The notes under the pieces were generated by a model. It saw nothing but the letters and a program-made list of their open reading frames with translations, did no database searches and had not been told where the DNA came from. A DNA stretch of 58,067 nucleotides, taken from positions 1-58,067 of the forward strand of contig DAOTVD010000126.1 in NCBI GenBank assembly GCA_034437075.1, in the 5' to 3' direction. Positions 1 through 10,257 of the stretch are shown piece after piece. Source of the DNA: Anaerolineae bacterium (lineage in GTDB: Bacteria; Chloroflexota; Anaerolineae; Aggregatilineales; J027). The translations under genes and the position numbers were made by a program. Each line of letters begins with the position of its first letter. Position 1 is the first letter of the stretch.

Positions 1-3000
1 ATTTCCGCATTCTGGATGACCAGTTCGTTGAAGGCTTGCACTGTATAGACATTGGGCAAAAAGCGGCTGACAATCCCCGCCGTAGAGTAGTTTATATCCG
101 AACGATAGTCCAGCGCGCGCAGGGTTTGCGTGGCCGCGCTGGCCAGCGAGCGATCCACCCGCACGGTGAGTTCGCCCCGGCTGGTGTCTAGGCTGGGCGG
201 CAACACGACGATCTCGCCGCGCGAACCACTTTCGGGCATGACGCCCGCCGTGCCGACCGTTTCCGGCGCGCTATAGCGATACACGGGCAGCAAATCGTCA
301 TCGAAAGGCGCGGCGGTGGGCTTGGTGGCGTCCGTGAACTGGCCATCGTTGCCATCCGCGAAGAAGGTCAGGTCAACCGCTTGGCTTTCCAGGATGCGCA
401 CGCGCCAATTCACACGCTCGCGGCCCCCAGCGGGGATGTCTACCGTCTGGGTCAGATTCACCCCCGCCAAAGGCTCGAAGCCCGTGCCCTGAATGGAGAC
501 TTCGACGCTTTGGGCTTCGCCCGTGTTGTTATTGACCACCGCGCCCAGTTCGGCCACATCTCCGACGACGAAGAAGCGCGGCGTCAGAGGCCGCACCAAC
601 AGCGGCTTGGTGCTCAGCAAATCGGTGGTCGTTTGGCCGACGAGCATGGGCGCGTCGGCGTCGCCGCGCGTGATGGCCCGCGCATCCAAGCGCCAGGTCG
701 TCAGGTTATCCGGTAGCGTCAAGGTATATTCGGCTTCGCCGTTTTCATCGGTCACGAGGGTTGGTTCCCAACCGGGCGTATCGACAAATTCTTCGCGAAT
801 GTCAAAAATGCCGGATTCATCGCCACCGCCGCCACCGCCCTTGATGGTGTCGATGATGGTCTGCGTCAGGCGATCCACCGAGACGGATAGCGAGGCGCTC
901 GTGCGTACGCTGATTCCGCGCGTGGCGTAGAAGTGGTCGAGCAAGGTGCTGCTATTGGGCGGGGCGATGCTCAGCACCGACAAATCGGTGACGCTGAGCC
1001 CCACTTCCGCGCTGACGGGTTCGCCTTGCCAGTCCGTGGTGCGCACGGTGTAGGTGACCTCATCCCCCGGCCCGGCGAATTCATCCGGCGCGAGGTTGGG
1101 CGTCACCTCGATATTCATGGTCAACCGTTCGGTATCGACTTCTAGCATGGTCAGGCCCATGCGAAATTGCGCATAAGGGTGGTCCTCGTCCACGCCTTGC
1201 ACGATGACCACCGACACGAAAATATTGGGCGCGTGACCGGGCGTGATGGGCAATTCATAGACCTGGCTGTTGCTTTCGAGCGTGATAACCGCCTGTTGCA
1301 AGATGTCGCCACGCTCCACCGTCACCAGCGCGGTGGTTTCCCCCTGGAAGGGGCTGGCGATGAGGATTTCGGCAGTATCACCGACCTCGTAGCTGTCCGC
1401 GTCCGCGATGAGGTCAAAACGGTTGCTGTTCTGCTGCCGCCAGGCGACGTACTCGCGCCCACTGATCCACGTAAAGGCTGCCGATTGCACCGTGTTGCCG
1501 TCTGCGTCCTCGCCCCGGGCATAGACCTTATACGTCCCGGCGGTGGGCGGCACAAACGTAATCCGTCCGGTGCCGTCCGCGTCCGTGGTTAGCGTTCCGA
1601 TGCCATCTTGTAGGGGGATTTCTTCGACTGCCCACGTCCAGACCGTACGACCCAGTTCGTCTTCTTCCTGCACAGACGACCAACGCCGCTCCACGATTTC
1701 ATATTCGATTTCGCGGTCGGGGGCGGGTTCGCCTTGTGTATCGAGCGTCTGCACCAAGATAGCCGTCTCTTGCTCCGCGTTGCCGATATAGCTCTCCGGG
1801 CGCAGGCCAGTGTAGTACGCGCCCTGGTGCACGATGACCTCCGCGCGCCCGGCCACTAACTGATCGGTTTCGTCAATCACGCGCGCCTCGATGGTGTAGC
1901 GCTGGCTCTGGTTGCTCGTGCCCAGGTCGGCGGGCAGGGTGATCATGTAATTACCTTCGGCATCGGTCGTGGCTTCGCCGCTGGCGATTTGCTCGCCAAA
2001 GGCCCCACCCCGCGCGCCCGGCCCGGCATCCACGTCGAAATCCGTGAAGCTATAGCGCCGGAAGCCCTCCGGCGAGAAGGCATAGGGCGCACTGAGCACC
2101 GACCACTCGACCCGCGAGTCGCTGACCGCACCGCCGAAGAAATAATCCGCCTCGACTAACACGTTGATCTCTTCGCCCTGGATGACTTCATCCTGGTCGG
2201 GCGTGACGTTCACCTGAAATTCTGGCGCGGTGAACTCCGCGACGTTAAAACCTAAGCTGAACGTATCGCGCCATTCGCCGGGCGTCAGTTCCACGGCCAG
2301 GCGATAGAAACCCAGCGCGGCGCCTTCATCCAGCGTGAAGGAATCCGCGAAGGTGCCAAAGGGCGTCAGCGGCAAGTTGCCCTCATAGACGATGGCATCC
2401 TCGGGGTTATACACCACCACGAACACACTTTGCAGATTATCCGGCACGGTGAACTCGACATCATCTTGATTGCGGATCATGCCCCGGAAGTAAACTGGCT
2501 GGCCGGGCCGATAAATGGGCCGGTCGCTATACAGATACACGGTGCGCTCGCGCGGTTCGTATTCCGAGGGCAGTTCGAATTCCCAGGGGGCCAGGCCACG
2601 ATCCCAGCGCGCGCTGGCGAACGCGAACACGTCTTCACTTTGCACGGCGGCAAACAGCGAGTTATACAGGCTGTCCATTTCGGGGATTTCTAGCACAGCG
2701 ACGCCGTCCGCGTTGGTGTTCAAGCGCCCCAGCAAGCCAAACTCGGCATCGTAAAATTCTACGGGCACATCGGCCAGGGGTTCACCCGTCTGCAAATCCG
2801 TGACCCACGCCAGCGCGCTATCGGTGGAGAATTTGAAGACGATATTCGCATTGGCCACCAGCGCCACATGTTGCAGCGGGTCGTGCTCGCGGGCGGCGGT
2901 TTCCTCGCCTTGCACGGTTAGATAGTAAAATCCGGGGTCTAGGGCGGGGAAGTCCGCCGCATCGAGCACTTCGGGGTCGGTGCCAAAACGCTGCTCAAGC

Positions 3001-4949
3001 CCCATGAAGTAATCATCCGGCGTGCCTTCAGCCGACCAACCCGCTACGTCCTGGCCCTCGACCGTGATATTCCACCAGATGAAACCATCCGCGCAGATCG
3101 GCCCGCCGATGACATCGAACACGGTTTCCGGCGGGATTTCCGTCAAAATCTGGCTTTGCAGATTGGGTTCGGCGCGCACACGCAAGGGCGCCGGGTCATC
3201 CGGCACCACCACGCCCCGATCCCCAACTTGCAAACGGGGCGGCGGCGCGCCCAAACATTGGATATTGCCGATGCCATCCGGCCCGCTCTCGCTCAGCCGC
3301 AGCAGGTCGTAGCGCCGGATATTCTCCGGGCTACGCACATCCACCGACCAACGGCGCAGCAATTCCTCGTCAGAGGGGCTATACCCATCGCGCGTATCAA
3401 AGCCGGACATCAACTGCGTCACCTGTTCGGCGTCAATAGTATATAGCGCCGCATCCAGGCGGCTGACGTTGCGATGCGTCACGAAAACGCGCGTCGTCTC
3501 GTTATACGCGCTATACAGGCCGACGAAATCCGGCACATTCAGGTTTATATCGGGATCATAAGGCCGCGTAGAGAAGCGAATCACGGTTTCTTCTTCGATG
3601 CGATTACCATACGGGTCTTCGATGCCCGGCGCGATGGTGATGGTGTAATCCGTGCTGGGCTGGATGTCAAAATCCAGGCTATAGCGATTATCGTAATCGT
3701 AGTAAAAGGTTTCGAATTCGCGGAAGGGCTCTGGCTCTATCGTGAATTTGCCCTCTAGCGTGTCGGGGTCAATGGGCGCGTTGAAGTAAATCTGCACGCC
3801 GCCGAAGGGGTTGGCATCGTTTACGCCATCTTCGGGATTACTGCGCGTGATGCGCGGTGCCGGAACGGTGCTGAAGGCCGTCCCCCATTGCTCGGCCAGG
3901 CGGGCGCCCGAGGCACTCCGCGCGACCTCAATATCAATGAGCAATTCGTAAGCCGTGCCGAGCTTTAAGCGCTCGTCGGGCGTGATGACCACACGCCGAT
4001 TATCATCCTCCCATTCGAAGCCCAGCGCCAGTGGCGGCCCAATCGGCTGGATGTAATCGGCCACGCCCAGCCCGGCCAATTCAAAGAGCGAGATGGCCGC
4101 TTCGGTGGTAGCCCTGTCCATGGGTTGGGAGAACGTAATGCTCAAATCGGCATCCAGCGGCACATTATTCGCGACGGGTTCCGGCGAGGCTTCCACCACG
4201 ATGGGCGCTTGGGTGCTGAATCCCCATTCGTAAGGCACCGCCAAGACGCCCCCGCCGATGCTTTCTAGGCCAGCTTGCACGATGACCGTATGCTCGGTGC
4301 CCCCCGCCAGGCCATTTTCAGGCGTAAAGACGTAAATCGACGTATTCAGCCATTCGCCCTCGCCGGGCAGGTCTGGCGAGATGTTGAGCGGATTGGGGAA
4401 ATCTTCCATGTCGCCCAAGGTCGCCAAGGGCACCACGGGACGGTTAAAAATCACGGTGATCAGGCTATCCACGCCGATTTCAGTCGCGCCGGGGCGGGGC
4501 AGCACCTCGGCCACTTCCAAAAAGCCGACCACATTCAGACGCGCCGCGAAGGCTTCGTCCAGGCTCACACCGTCAGCGGATTCGGCCTCGGCGCTCACGC
4601 GCACGTCTAAGGCCGCGTCGCGGGGCCAGTCGCCCTCCGGCGAGATGACAAGCGTTTGCGCATCGTCCCATTCTGTCGCAAAGGTCACGGCGGGCAGGAT
4701 GGCTTCGCCCTCCGCCACGGCGGCACGCGCGAGCGTCAGCGCCTCGTCAACGCTAGATTGATCCATCGCTTGGTCAAAAAAGAGCGTAATGGGGTCATCC
4801 AACCCGAGTTCGGCTCCGGCAGGCGGTGTGATCTCCACCACACGCGGCGGGATGCCATCCGTCTGCGCGACTGGCTCGGCAGACACCAATGCCACGGAAC
4901 TGCACAGCGCCAACAGCGTGAACAGCAAACCTTTGAGATAACGATACAT
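1..4949 (-). CDS. Alpha-2-macroglobulin family protein with N-terminal Ig-like (Big_5-type) repeats and an internal SH3b domain; 3' end lies outside the window
   Basis: Hand translation from ATG 4949 gives MYRYLKGLLFTLLALCSSVALVSA (signal peptide). Ig-like repeats follow (PPRVVEITP...ITLFFDQAMD; EVAEVLP...ITVIFNRPV), then MG motifs (VYLYSDRPIYRPGQPVYFRG; DLSVLSIAPP; KGGGGGG bait-like segment; LPDNLTTWR). The same frame was confirmed at 4949, 3269 and 86. It is missing from the ORF track because no stop lies in the window. Confidence 0.9.
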   Translation of the reverse strand, partial: MYRYLKGLLFTLLALCSSVALVSAEPVAQTDGIPPRVVEITPPAGAELGLDDPITLFFDQAMDQSSVDEALTLARAAVAEGEAILPAVTFATEWDDAQTLVISPEGDWPRDAALDVRVSAEAESADGVSLDEAFAARLNVVGFLEVAEVLPRPGATEIGVDSLITVIFNRPVVPLATLGDMEDFPNPLNISPDLPGEGEWLNTSIYVFTPENGLAGGTEHTVIVQAGLESIGGGVLAVPYEWGFSTQAPIVVEASPEPVANNVPLDADLSITFSQPMDRATTEAAISLFELAGLGVADYIQPIGPPLALGFEWEDDNRRVVITPDERLKLGTAYELLIDIEVARSASGARLAEQWGTAFSTVPAPRITRSNPEDGVNDANPFGGVQIYFNAPIDPDTLEGKFTIEPEPFREFETFYYDYDNRYSLDFDIQPSTDYTITIAPGIEDPYGNRIEEETVIRFSTRPYDPDINLNVPDFVGLYSAYNETTRVFVTHRNVSRLDAALYTIDAEQVTQLMSGFDTRDGYSPSDEELLRRWSVDVRSPENIRRYDLLRLSESGPDGIGNIQCLGAPPPRLQVGDRGVVVPDDPAPLRVRAEPNLQSQILTEIPPETVFDVIGGPICADGFIWWNITVEGQDVAGWSAEGTPDDYFMGLEQRFGTDPEVLDAADFPALDPGFYYLTVQGEETAAREHDPLQHVALVANANIVFKFSTDSALAWVTDLQTGEPLADVPVEFYDAEFGLLGRLNTNADGVAVLEIPEMDSLYNSLFAAVQSEDVFAFASARWDRGLAPWEFELPSEYEPRERTVYLYSDRPIYRPGQPVYFRGMIRNQDDVEFTVPDNLQSVFVVVYNPEDAIVYEGNLPLTPFGTFADSFTLDEGAALGFYRLAVELTPGEWRDTFSLGFNVAEFTAPEFQVNVTPDQDEVIQGEEINVLVEADYFFGGAVSDSRVEWSVLSAPYAFSPEGFRRYSFTDFDVDAGPGARGGAFGEQIASGEATTDAEGNYMITLPADLGTSNQSQRYTIEARVIDETDQLVAGRAEVIVHQGAYYTGLRPESYIGNAEQETAILVQTLDTQGEPAPDREIEYEIVERRWSSVQEEDELGRTVWTWAVEEIPLQDGIGTLTTDADGTGRITFVPPTAGTYKVYARGEDADGNTVQSAAFTWISGREYVAWRQQNSNRFDLIADADSYEVGDTAEILIASPFQGETTALVTVERGDILQQAVITLESNSQVYELPITPGHAPNIFVSVVIVQGVDEDHPYAQFRMGLTMLEVDTERLTMNIEVTPNLAPDEFAGPGDEVTYTVRTTDWQGEPVSAEVGLSVTDLSVLSIAPPNSSTLLDHFYATRGISVRTSASLSVSVDRLTQTIIDTIKGGGGGGDESGIFDIREEFVDTPGWEPTLVTDENGEAEYTLTLPDNLTTWRLDARAITRGDADAPMLVGQTTTDLLSTKPLLVRPLTPRFFVVGDVAELGAVVNNNTGEAQSVEVSIQGTGFEPLAGVNLTQTVDIPAGGRERVNWRVRILESQAVDLTFFADGNDGQFTDATKPTAAPFDDDLLPVYRYSAPETVGTAGVMPESGSRGEIVVLPPSLDTSRGELTVRVDRSLASAATQTLRALDYRSDINYSTAGIVSRFLPNVYTVQAFNELVIQNAE

Positions 4950-5056
4950 ATGAGCATATCCCCCTGTATATTTTGACTTCAGTATACGGTCAACGCCCAG
5001 AGGACACAATTGGTTGACCGCTACAGGGGGCGCAGGAGTGCTATAGCGTGGGGTAT

Positions 5057-5419
5057 TTACCGGCTAATCTGGCTAGAAAGCGCCGCCCGGATGACCCGCA
5101 GTAGCGTGGAGGTCGTCACAGGCTTATGCAACATCTCCACGACCGCATCTGGCAAATTGGGGCGCCGGTTTTGCACAAACCCGGTCAGGACAATGATTTT
5201 GGCTGCCGCACCTGTCGCCTGCACATATTCGATGACCGTCGCGCCGGGCGCATCCGGCAGATTCAAATCCAGCACGATCAAATCCGGCTGGAACTCATCC
5301 ACCGCCGCAATCGCTTCGCGGCTACTTTCCACCGATAAAACATCATATTCTTCTGCCAGGGCATTATGATACATCCGCTGCACGGGCAAATCATCTTCCA
5401 CAAGCAAAATACGCGCCAT
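5057..5419 (-). CDS. Single-domain response regulator (REC)
   Basis: ILLVEDD, LIVLDLNLPD, IIVLTG and HKP receiver motifs; 120 aa. Confidence 0.9.
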   Translation of the reverse strand: MARILLVEDDLPVQRMYHNALAEEYDVLSVESSREAIAAVDEFQPDLIVLDLNLPDAPGATVIEYVQATGAAAKIIVLTGFVQNRRPNLPDAVVEMLHKPVTTSTLLRVIRAALSSQISR

Positions 5420-5505
5420 CGTTCAACCTTCCGGGTGCCGTTAAAGTTGATATTAGGTTAACACAAAGTTTGAATTTTGCGAGAAATTCTAACCGAAGAT
5501 GCACA

Positions 5506-5531
5506 TGCCATGGGGAGTCATCCCCATGGCA
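5506..5531. terminator. Perfect 11-bp hairpin downstream of ftsZ; possible terminator or mRNA-stabilising stem
   Basis: TGCCATGGGGA-GTCA-TCCCCATGGCA, 36 nt past the ftsZ stop; no U-tract on the minus strand. Confidence 0.4.
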
Positions 5532-5567
5532 ACGAGGTATGGAGGGTTGTAGCCGTGCGCAGCCTGC

Positions 5568-6806
5568 CTAACGGCGCCGCAAAAAGGTTGGGATTTCCAG
5601 GTCGTCAGTCTCATAGGTGACCTGTTTGAATTCTTCTTGCGGATTGGCCGGTTGTTGCTGGGGCACTTGTTGCTGAGCAGGCGGTTGTTGCTGAGCCTGC
5701 TGCGGGTAATCCGGCGCTGGCTGGGGCGCTTGGTATTGCTGCATGTGCGGGTCTTGGATGGGCGGCTGCTGCGGCATGGGTTGCTGCGGCGGCTGCGTAT
5801 AGCCCTGCTGCTGTGCCCCCTGGCGCGGGCGAACCACCACCCGATTCTGCTCGAAACCCGTCGCAATGACCGTAATGCGGATTTCGTCGCCCATGTTTTC
5901 GTCGATCACCGCGCCGAAGATAAGGTTTACATCCGGGTGCGCAGTCTCTTTGATGATGGCGGCAGCTTCGTTCACGTCGAACAGGCTGAGGTCTGGCCCG
6001 CCCGTGACGTTGAACAGGATACCCCGCGCGCCGTCGATGGTGACATCCAACAGGCTGCTGCGGACGGCTTCTTCGGCGGCCTTGCGGCTGCGGTCTTCGC
6101 CATTGGCCCGGCCTACGGCCATCAACGCGGCGCCGCCTTCGCTCATGATGGCGCGCACGTCGGCGAAGTCTAGGTTGATGAGGCCCGGTACGGTAATCAG
6201 TTCCGAAATACCCTGGATACCCTGGCGCAGGACATCATCGGCCAGCCCAAACGCATCTTGCAAGCTGGACTTTTTATCCACCAATTGCAGCAAGCGGTCG
6301 TTGGGGATGACGATGAGCGTATCTACCTGGCCTTTGAGTGCCTCGATACCCGCTTCGGCGGATTGCGTGCGGCGCGCGCCTTCGAAGTGGAACGGGCGCG
6401 TCACGACGCCAATGGTCAACGCGCCGAGCTCGCGCGCGACCTGGGCCACAATCGGCGTAGCGCCAGTGCCCGTGCCGCCGCCCATGCCGCAGGTAATAAA
6501 GACCATATCGGCCCCGCGCAGCACTTCATACAATTCTTCGGCGCTTTCTTCGGCGGCTTTGCGGCCAATTTCTGGGTTACCGCCCGCGCCCAGCCCGCGC
6601 GTTAATTTATCGCCGATGCGAATTCGTTCTTTGGCTTTGCTCAGCAACAGCGCTTGGGAATCCGTGTTCACCGAAATAAATTCGACGCCGCCCAGGCCTT
6701 CTTCTACCATGCGGTTGATGGCATTCCCACCACCGCCACCGACACCAATCACTTTGATGACGGCATAATTGTCTTGTGCATCTAATAATGGCTGATGATC
6801 AGTCAT
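5568..6806 (-). CDS. ftsZ: Cell division protein FtsZ
   Basis: [16 protein letters not shown] tubulin signature, NLDFADV and C-terminal [12 protein letters not shown] anchor peptide. Confidence 0.99.
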   Translation of the reverse strand: MTDHQPLLDAQDNYAVIKVIGVGGGGGNAINRMVEEGLGGVEFISVNTDSQALLLSKAKERIRIGDKLTRGLGAGGNPEIGRKAAEESAEELYEVLRGADMVFITCGMGGGTGTGATPIVAQVARELGALTIGVVTRPFHFEGARRTQSAEAGIEALKGQVDTLIVIPNDRLLQLVDKKSSLQDAFGLADDVLRQGIQGISELITVPGLINLDFADVRAIMSEGGAALMAVGRANGEDRSRKAAEEAVRSSLLDVTIDGARGILFNVTGGPDLSLFDVNEAAAIIKETAHPDVNLIFGAVIDENMGDEIRITVIATGFEQNRVVVRPRQGAQQQGYTQPPQQPMPQQPPIQDPHMQQYQAPQPAPDYPQQAQQQPPAQQQVPQQQPANPQEEFKQVTYETDDLEIPTFLRRR

Positions 6807-6864
6807 CAGGTAAACCCTCCGTGTGTCTGCGGATGAGAACGTGTCTTCTCATCGACCTCTTATC

Positions 6865-6892
6865 ATTGTAAGCAATTTGTCAGGTTTGTGAA
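6865..6892 (-). promoter_or_regulatory. Possible sigma70-type internal promoter for ftsZ
   Basis: Minus strand TTCACA-16 nt-TACAAT in the AT-rich ftsA-ftsZ spacer. Confidence 0.3.
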
Positions 6893-6964
6893 AGCAAAGG
6901 AATCCATTCCACCTCTACGGGTTAGAAAATTCACACCAAAAAGCCTATTTCTAGTGTGCAATAT

Positions 6965-8236
6965 TTAATTATCCTCATCAAGGTTGGGTGTGAAACGCTT
7001 AAAAATGCCCCCCAGGGCCTTGCCCAAGCTATTCGCCAGGGGGTCTATGCTGTTGCTGGGCGCGCCGCGTTTGCGCATTTTGGCGCGGCGGTCGTCTTCC
7101 ATATCCATGATGAGCCCCAGGCGCAACAGCCCCACCGAGGTGCTAAAGGCCGGGCTGCGCAAGGGGTCGGCCATGCCGGAGATGGCTTCGGGCTGGGCCG
7201 TGCGCGCGGGCATGTTCATCACCCGGTTGGCCACCGCCTTCAGCCCTGGCAGCAAGCTTGTGCCGCCCGTCAGCACCACCCCCGCCGGGAGCAACCCATC
7301 GTAGCCACTACGCTTGACTTCCACCAGCACGAGTTCGAAGATTTCGCTCACCCGTGCGTTGATGATGTCCACCAGATCGGAGCGCTTCACCTGGCTGATA
7401 TGTTCTTCGCCAAAGGGCTGCACGGGGAACATTTCCAGCGGCGTTACCACGCGCGTGTCCGCGTGGCCAAATTCCAGCTTCACCGCTTCGGCCAATTCGT
7501 AAGGCAAGCTCATCACCTGGGCAATATCGTTCGTGATGTTATAGCCCCCCACGGCTACCACGCCCGTATGCCATACCGTGCCCTCGATGAAAATGGCGAT
7601 GTCGGTCGTTCCGCCGCCAATATCGACCACCATCACGCCCGATTCGCGTTCGGTGTTGGTCAGCACCACATCCCCCGAGGCCAGCGGATTCAGGATGAAG
7701 CGATCCACCATCACCCCTGCCGCTTCGACGCATTTATTCAGATTTTCCAAACTGGCGCTGGCGGCGGTGATGACATGTGCTTCTACTTCCAGCCGATAGC
7801 CATGCATCCCCACTGGGTTGCGCACACTTTGCTGCTCGTCCAGGTTATAGCGCCGGGGCACCACATGCAGCACCTCGCGCCCATAGGGCAGCGCAATCGC
7901 GCGGGCGGCGTCCATCGCGCTGCCGATGTCGCGCATTTCGACCGCGCGCTGGCCGTTGATGGCAACCATGCCTTTGCTGTTCATCGACTCGACATGCTTG
8001 GCCGAGACGGACACAAACGCGCGCCCGATCTCGTAACCGCTGCTGCGTTCGGCCTTGTGCACGCTGGATGAAATGCTAGCACTTAGGGCGTTCACATCCG
8101 TGACCATGCCTTTTTTCATGCCGCGCGTGGGTTCCACGCCCACCCCAACAATGTAGGTATTGTCCTCGCGGACTTCGCCCACGATGGTGCACACTTTGGT
8201 CGTGCCAATATCGATGCCAACAACGAGTTCAGCCAT
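6965..8236 (-). CDS. ftsA: Cell division protein FtsA
   Basis: GIDIGTTKV, VDIGGGTTD and LTGGTSLL actin-fold motifs; directly upstream of ftsZ. Confidence 0.98.
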   Translation of the reverse strand: MAELVVGIDIGTTKVCTIVGEVREDNTYIVGVGVEPTRGMKKGMVTDVNALSASISSSVHKAERSSGYEIGRAFVSVSAKHVESMNSKGMVAINGQRAVEMRDIGSAMDAARAIALPYGREVLHVVPRRYNLDEQQSVRNPVGMHGYRLEVEAHVITAASASLENLNKCVEAAGVMVDRFILNPLASGDVVLTNTERESGVMVVDIGGGTTDIAIFIEGTVWHTGVVAVGGYNITNDIAQVMSLPYELAEAVKLEFGHADTRVVTPLEMFPVQPFGEEHISQVKRSDLVDIINARVSEIFELVLVEVKRSGYDGLLPAGVVLTGGTSLLPGLKAVANRVMNMPARTAQPEAISGMADPLRSPAFSTSVGLLRLGLIMDMEDDRRAKMRKRGAPSNSIDPLANSLGKALGGIFKRFTPNLDEDN

Positions 8237-8242
8237 ACTATC

Positions 8243-9265
8243 CTACTCTTGTATTTCCGAGCGCCGCCACAAGACGGTATACACGGGGTTATCCGGGTCA
8301 GAGACATCCACCTCACCGAATTGCACATCATCCAAATTGCGTTGGACTAGCGCTTCGTAGACCACGGCCTTCATGACCATGTTATCGCCCACGCCAAACC
8401 AAGCCATCCAGCCGCGTGGGTCGCGCCAGCCCAATCCCTTGACGGGATGATACAACAAAACGTCAATGCTGGGCAGGCGAGAATGCAACAGTAACGCGCC
8501 CTGGACTACCTCCGGCGGGATGCGTGTAAACGGGCCGATGGTGGTGGACGGTTGCGGCTCGTTGGGGTCGTAGACCACGCGCAACAGGTCGGCGCGGTCT
8601 TCGCGTTGGAACATCACCACGCCATTGACATCCACCCACACCCGATCTTGGTTTTGCTCCCACACGATAGCCGGCTCGCGTTCTTGCACCAAAATTTGCA
8701 CCGGGTTCGGCGGCCAGCCAATCCGCACTTCGGCGGCGGCGATATTGTTATTTTGTTCCAGATCACGACGAATGGTGTTGGCATCCAACCAAAATAAATG
8801 CTGCTGAGACGTGCCCGAAAAACGAAAGACATCTTCGCGCGTCAGGTAATTGACCCCGCCCACCGACACCGAGCGCACGTAAAAGGCATCGCTGCTGAGC
8901 AGCAACACCAAAATAATCAGCGAGACGGCGCTGATGATCGCGCTAACCCACCGCCACGACAACCACACGACCCCACGCGGGCGCACGCGCTCGGTGGGCT
9001 TGCCCTCGTGGCGCGGGGTATAGCGTTTGCGCTTGCGTTGGGCGACCCGCTCGGGGCGGACAGTCATCGGTTGGGGGGCCGCTTCCGAAGCAGTCGCCGG
9101 GTTGATGGGCGGGCGCAATTGGCGCGACTCGCGCCGCGCGCGGCGGCGGCGTTCGGCGGCCCGCCGACCGGCTGCCGGGCGAACATGCCCGCTGGCCTCG
9201 GTTTCTTCGGCTGGGCTTATTTTCTTGGGGCGTACATGCCCACCATCACGGTCTATAGAAGACAT
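8243..9265 (-). CDS. ftsQ: FtsQ/DivIB family protein
   Basis: Basic N-terminal tail, single TM helix, POTRA-like segment (VSVGGVNYLTREDV...IGWPPNPVQILVQEREP); lies between murB and ftsA. Confidence 0.9.
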   Translation of the reverse strand: MSSIDRDGGHVRPKKISPAEETEASGHVRPAAGRRAAERRRRARRESRQLRPPINPATASEAAPQPMTVRPERVAQRKRKRYTPRHEGKPTERVRPRGVVWLSWRWVSAIISAVSLIILVLLLSSDAFYVRSVSVGGVNYLTREDVFRFSGTSQQHLFWLDANTIRRDLEQNNNIAAAEVRIGWPPNPVQILVQEREPAIVWEQNQDRVWVDVNGVVMFQREDRADLLRVVYDPNEPQPSTTIGPFTRIPPEVVQGALLLHSRLPSIDVLLYHPVKGLGWRDPRGWMAWFGVGDNMVMKAVVYEALVQRNLDDVQFGEVDVSDPDNPVYTVLWRRSEIQE

Positions 9266-9333
9266 ACCAATACGTCGCTCGCCTGTCCATATCGACCATC
9301 ATACTATAGTCAAGCAGGAAATGCGCGGGACGG

Positions 9334-10257
9334 TCAGTCCGGCCAGTGGCCAATTCGCTCGATTTCTGGCTCTAGCCAGACGCCAAATTGCGCGTAGACG
9401 GCCTGCTGCGCGAGGTCGATCAGCGCGGCATAGTCGGCGGCAGTGCCCCCGCCCAGATTCACGAAAAAATTAGCATGTACGGGCGAAATCTGCACCCCGC
9501 CCAGGCGCTGCCCCTTCAGGCCCGCCGCTTCGATGAGCCGCCCGGCATAATCGCCCGGCGGATTTTTGAAAATGCTGCCCAGGCTGGCGCCGGGCGGTTG
9601 GGTACGCTTGCGATGCGCGATAAATTCATCCGCGCGCGCGGCCAGCGCGGCGGAGTCTTGGCCGGGTTGCAAGCTCAGGCAGGCGCGCAGCACGACATAG
9701 CGCCCTGGCGTGGCTTTCAACAAACTATGCCGGTAATCATATTCGAGTTCGGCGGGCGACCAATCGCGCACATCGGCGGCGGGCAAATCCAGAATGCGCG
9801 CGCTATGTAGATCACCCGCCATATCGCCGCCATGGGCCCCCGCGTTGTTGACCACCGCGCCGCCGAGCGTCCCCGGCACGCTGACGGCCCATTCAAAGCC
9901 GCCCACGCCCAAGGCCATCGCGCGCCGCGCCAAGGGTGCCAGATTCGCGCCGCTATCCGCGCAGACGCGGCCCGTCTGGGCGTTAATGTCCACCGTACGC
10001 GCGCCATTGACGATCAACAGCCCATCGAAGCCCGCATCGCTGGCCAGCACATTGGCCCCGCCGCCCAGCAGCCGCCAAGGCATGCCGCGCTGATAGGCCC
10101 ATAAGCAGGCAGCGTGCAAATCCGCGACCGAGCCAACGCGCAGCACCGCCCGCGCCGCGCCCCCCAAGCGCGCGACCGTATAGCGCGCGAGCGGTTCGTC
10201 CCAGGCTAAGGCCTCGCCGAAGCGGGCCCGCAAGGCTTGCTTGTGGGCCTCATCCAT
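9334..10257 (-). CDS. murB: UDP-N-acetylenolpyruvoylglucosamine reductase
   Basis: [31 protein letters not shown] and HANFFVN. Start set at ATG 10257 (MDEAH), overlapping the murC stop, instead of the track's TTG 10305. Confidence 0.96.
   Translation of the reverse strand: MDEAHKQALRARFGEALAWDEPLARYTVARLGGAARAVLRVGSVADLHAACLWAYQRGMPWRLLGGGANVLASDAGFDGLLIVNGARTVDINAQTGRVCADSGANLAPLARRAMALGVGGFEWAVSVPGTLGGAVVNNAGAHGGDMAGDLHSARILDLPAADVRDWSPAELEYDYRHSLLKATPGRYVVLRACLSLQPGQDSAALAARADEFIAHRKRTQPPGASLGSIFKNPPGDYAGRLIEAAGLKGQRLGGVQISPVHANFFVNLGGGTAADYAALIDLAQQAVYAQFGVWLEPEIERIGHWPD

Noticed and set aside
381-4976. Many plus-strand and off-frame ORFs over the macroglobulin gene
   Set aside because: Shadow ORFs of a GC-rich gene. 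The continuous minus-strand frame from 4949 has recognisable motifs and they do not.
5451-5470. TTAGGTTAAC resembling half a DtxR box
   Set aside because: The second half-site is missing and it is far from metal-related genes.
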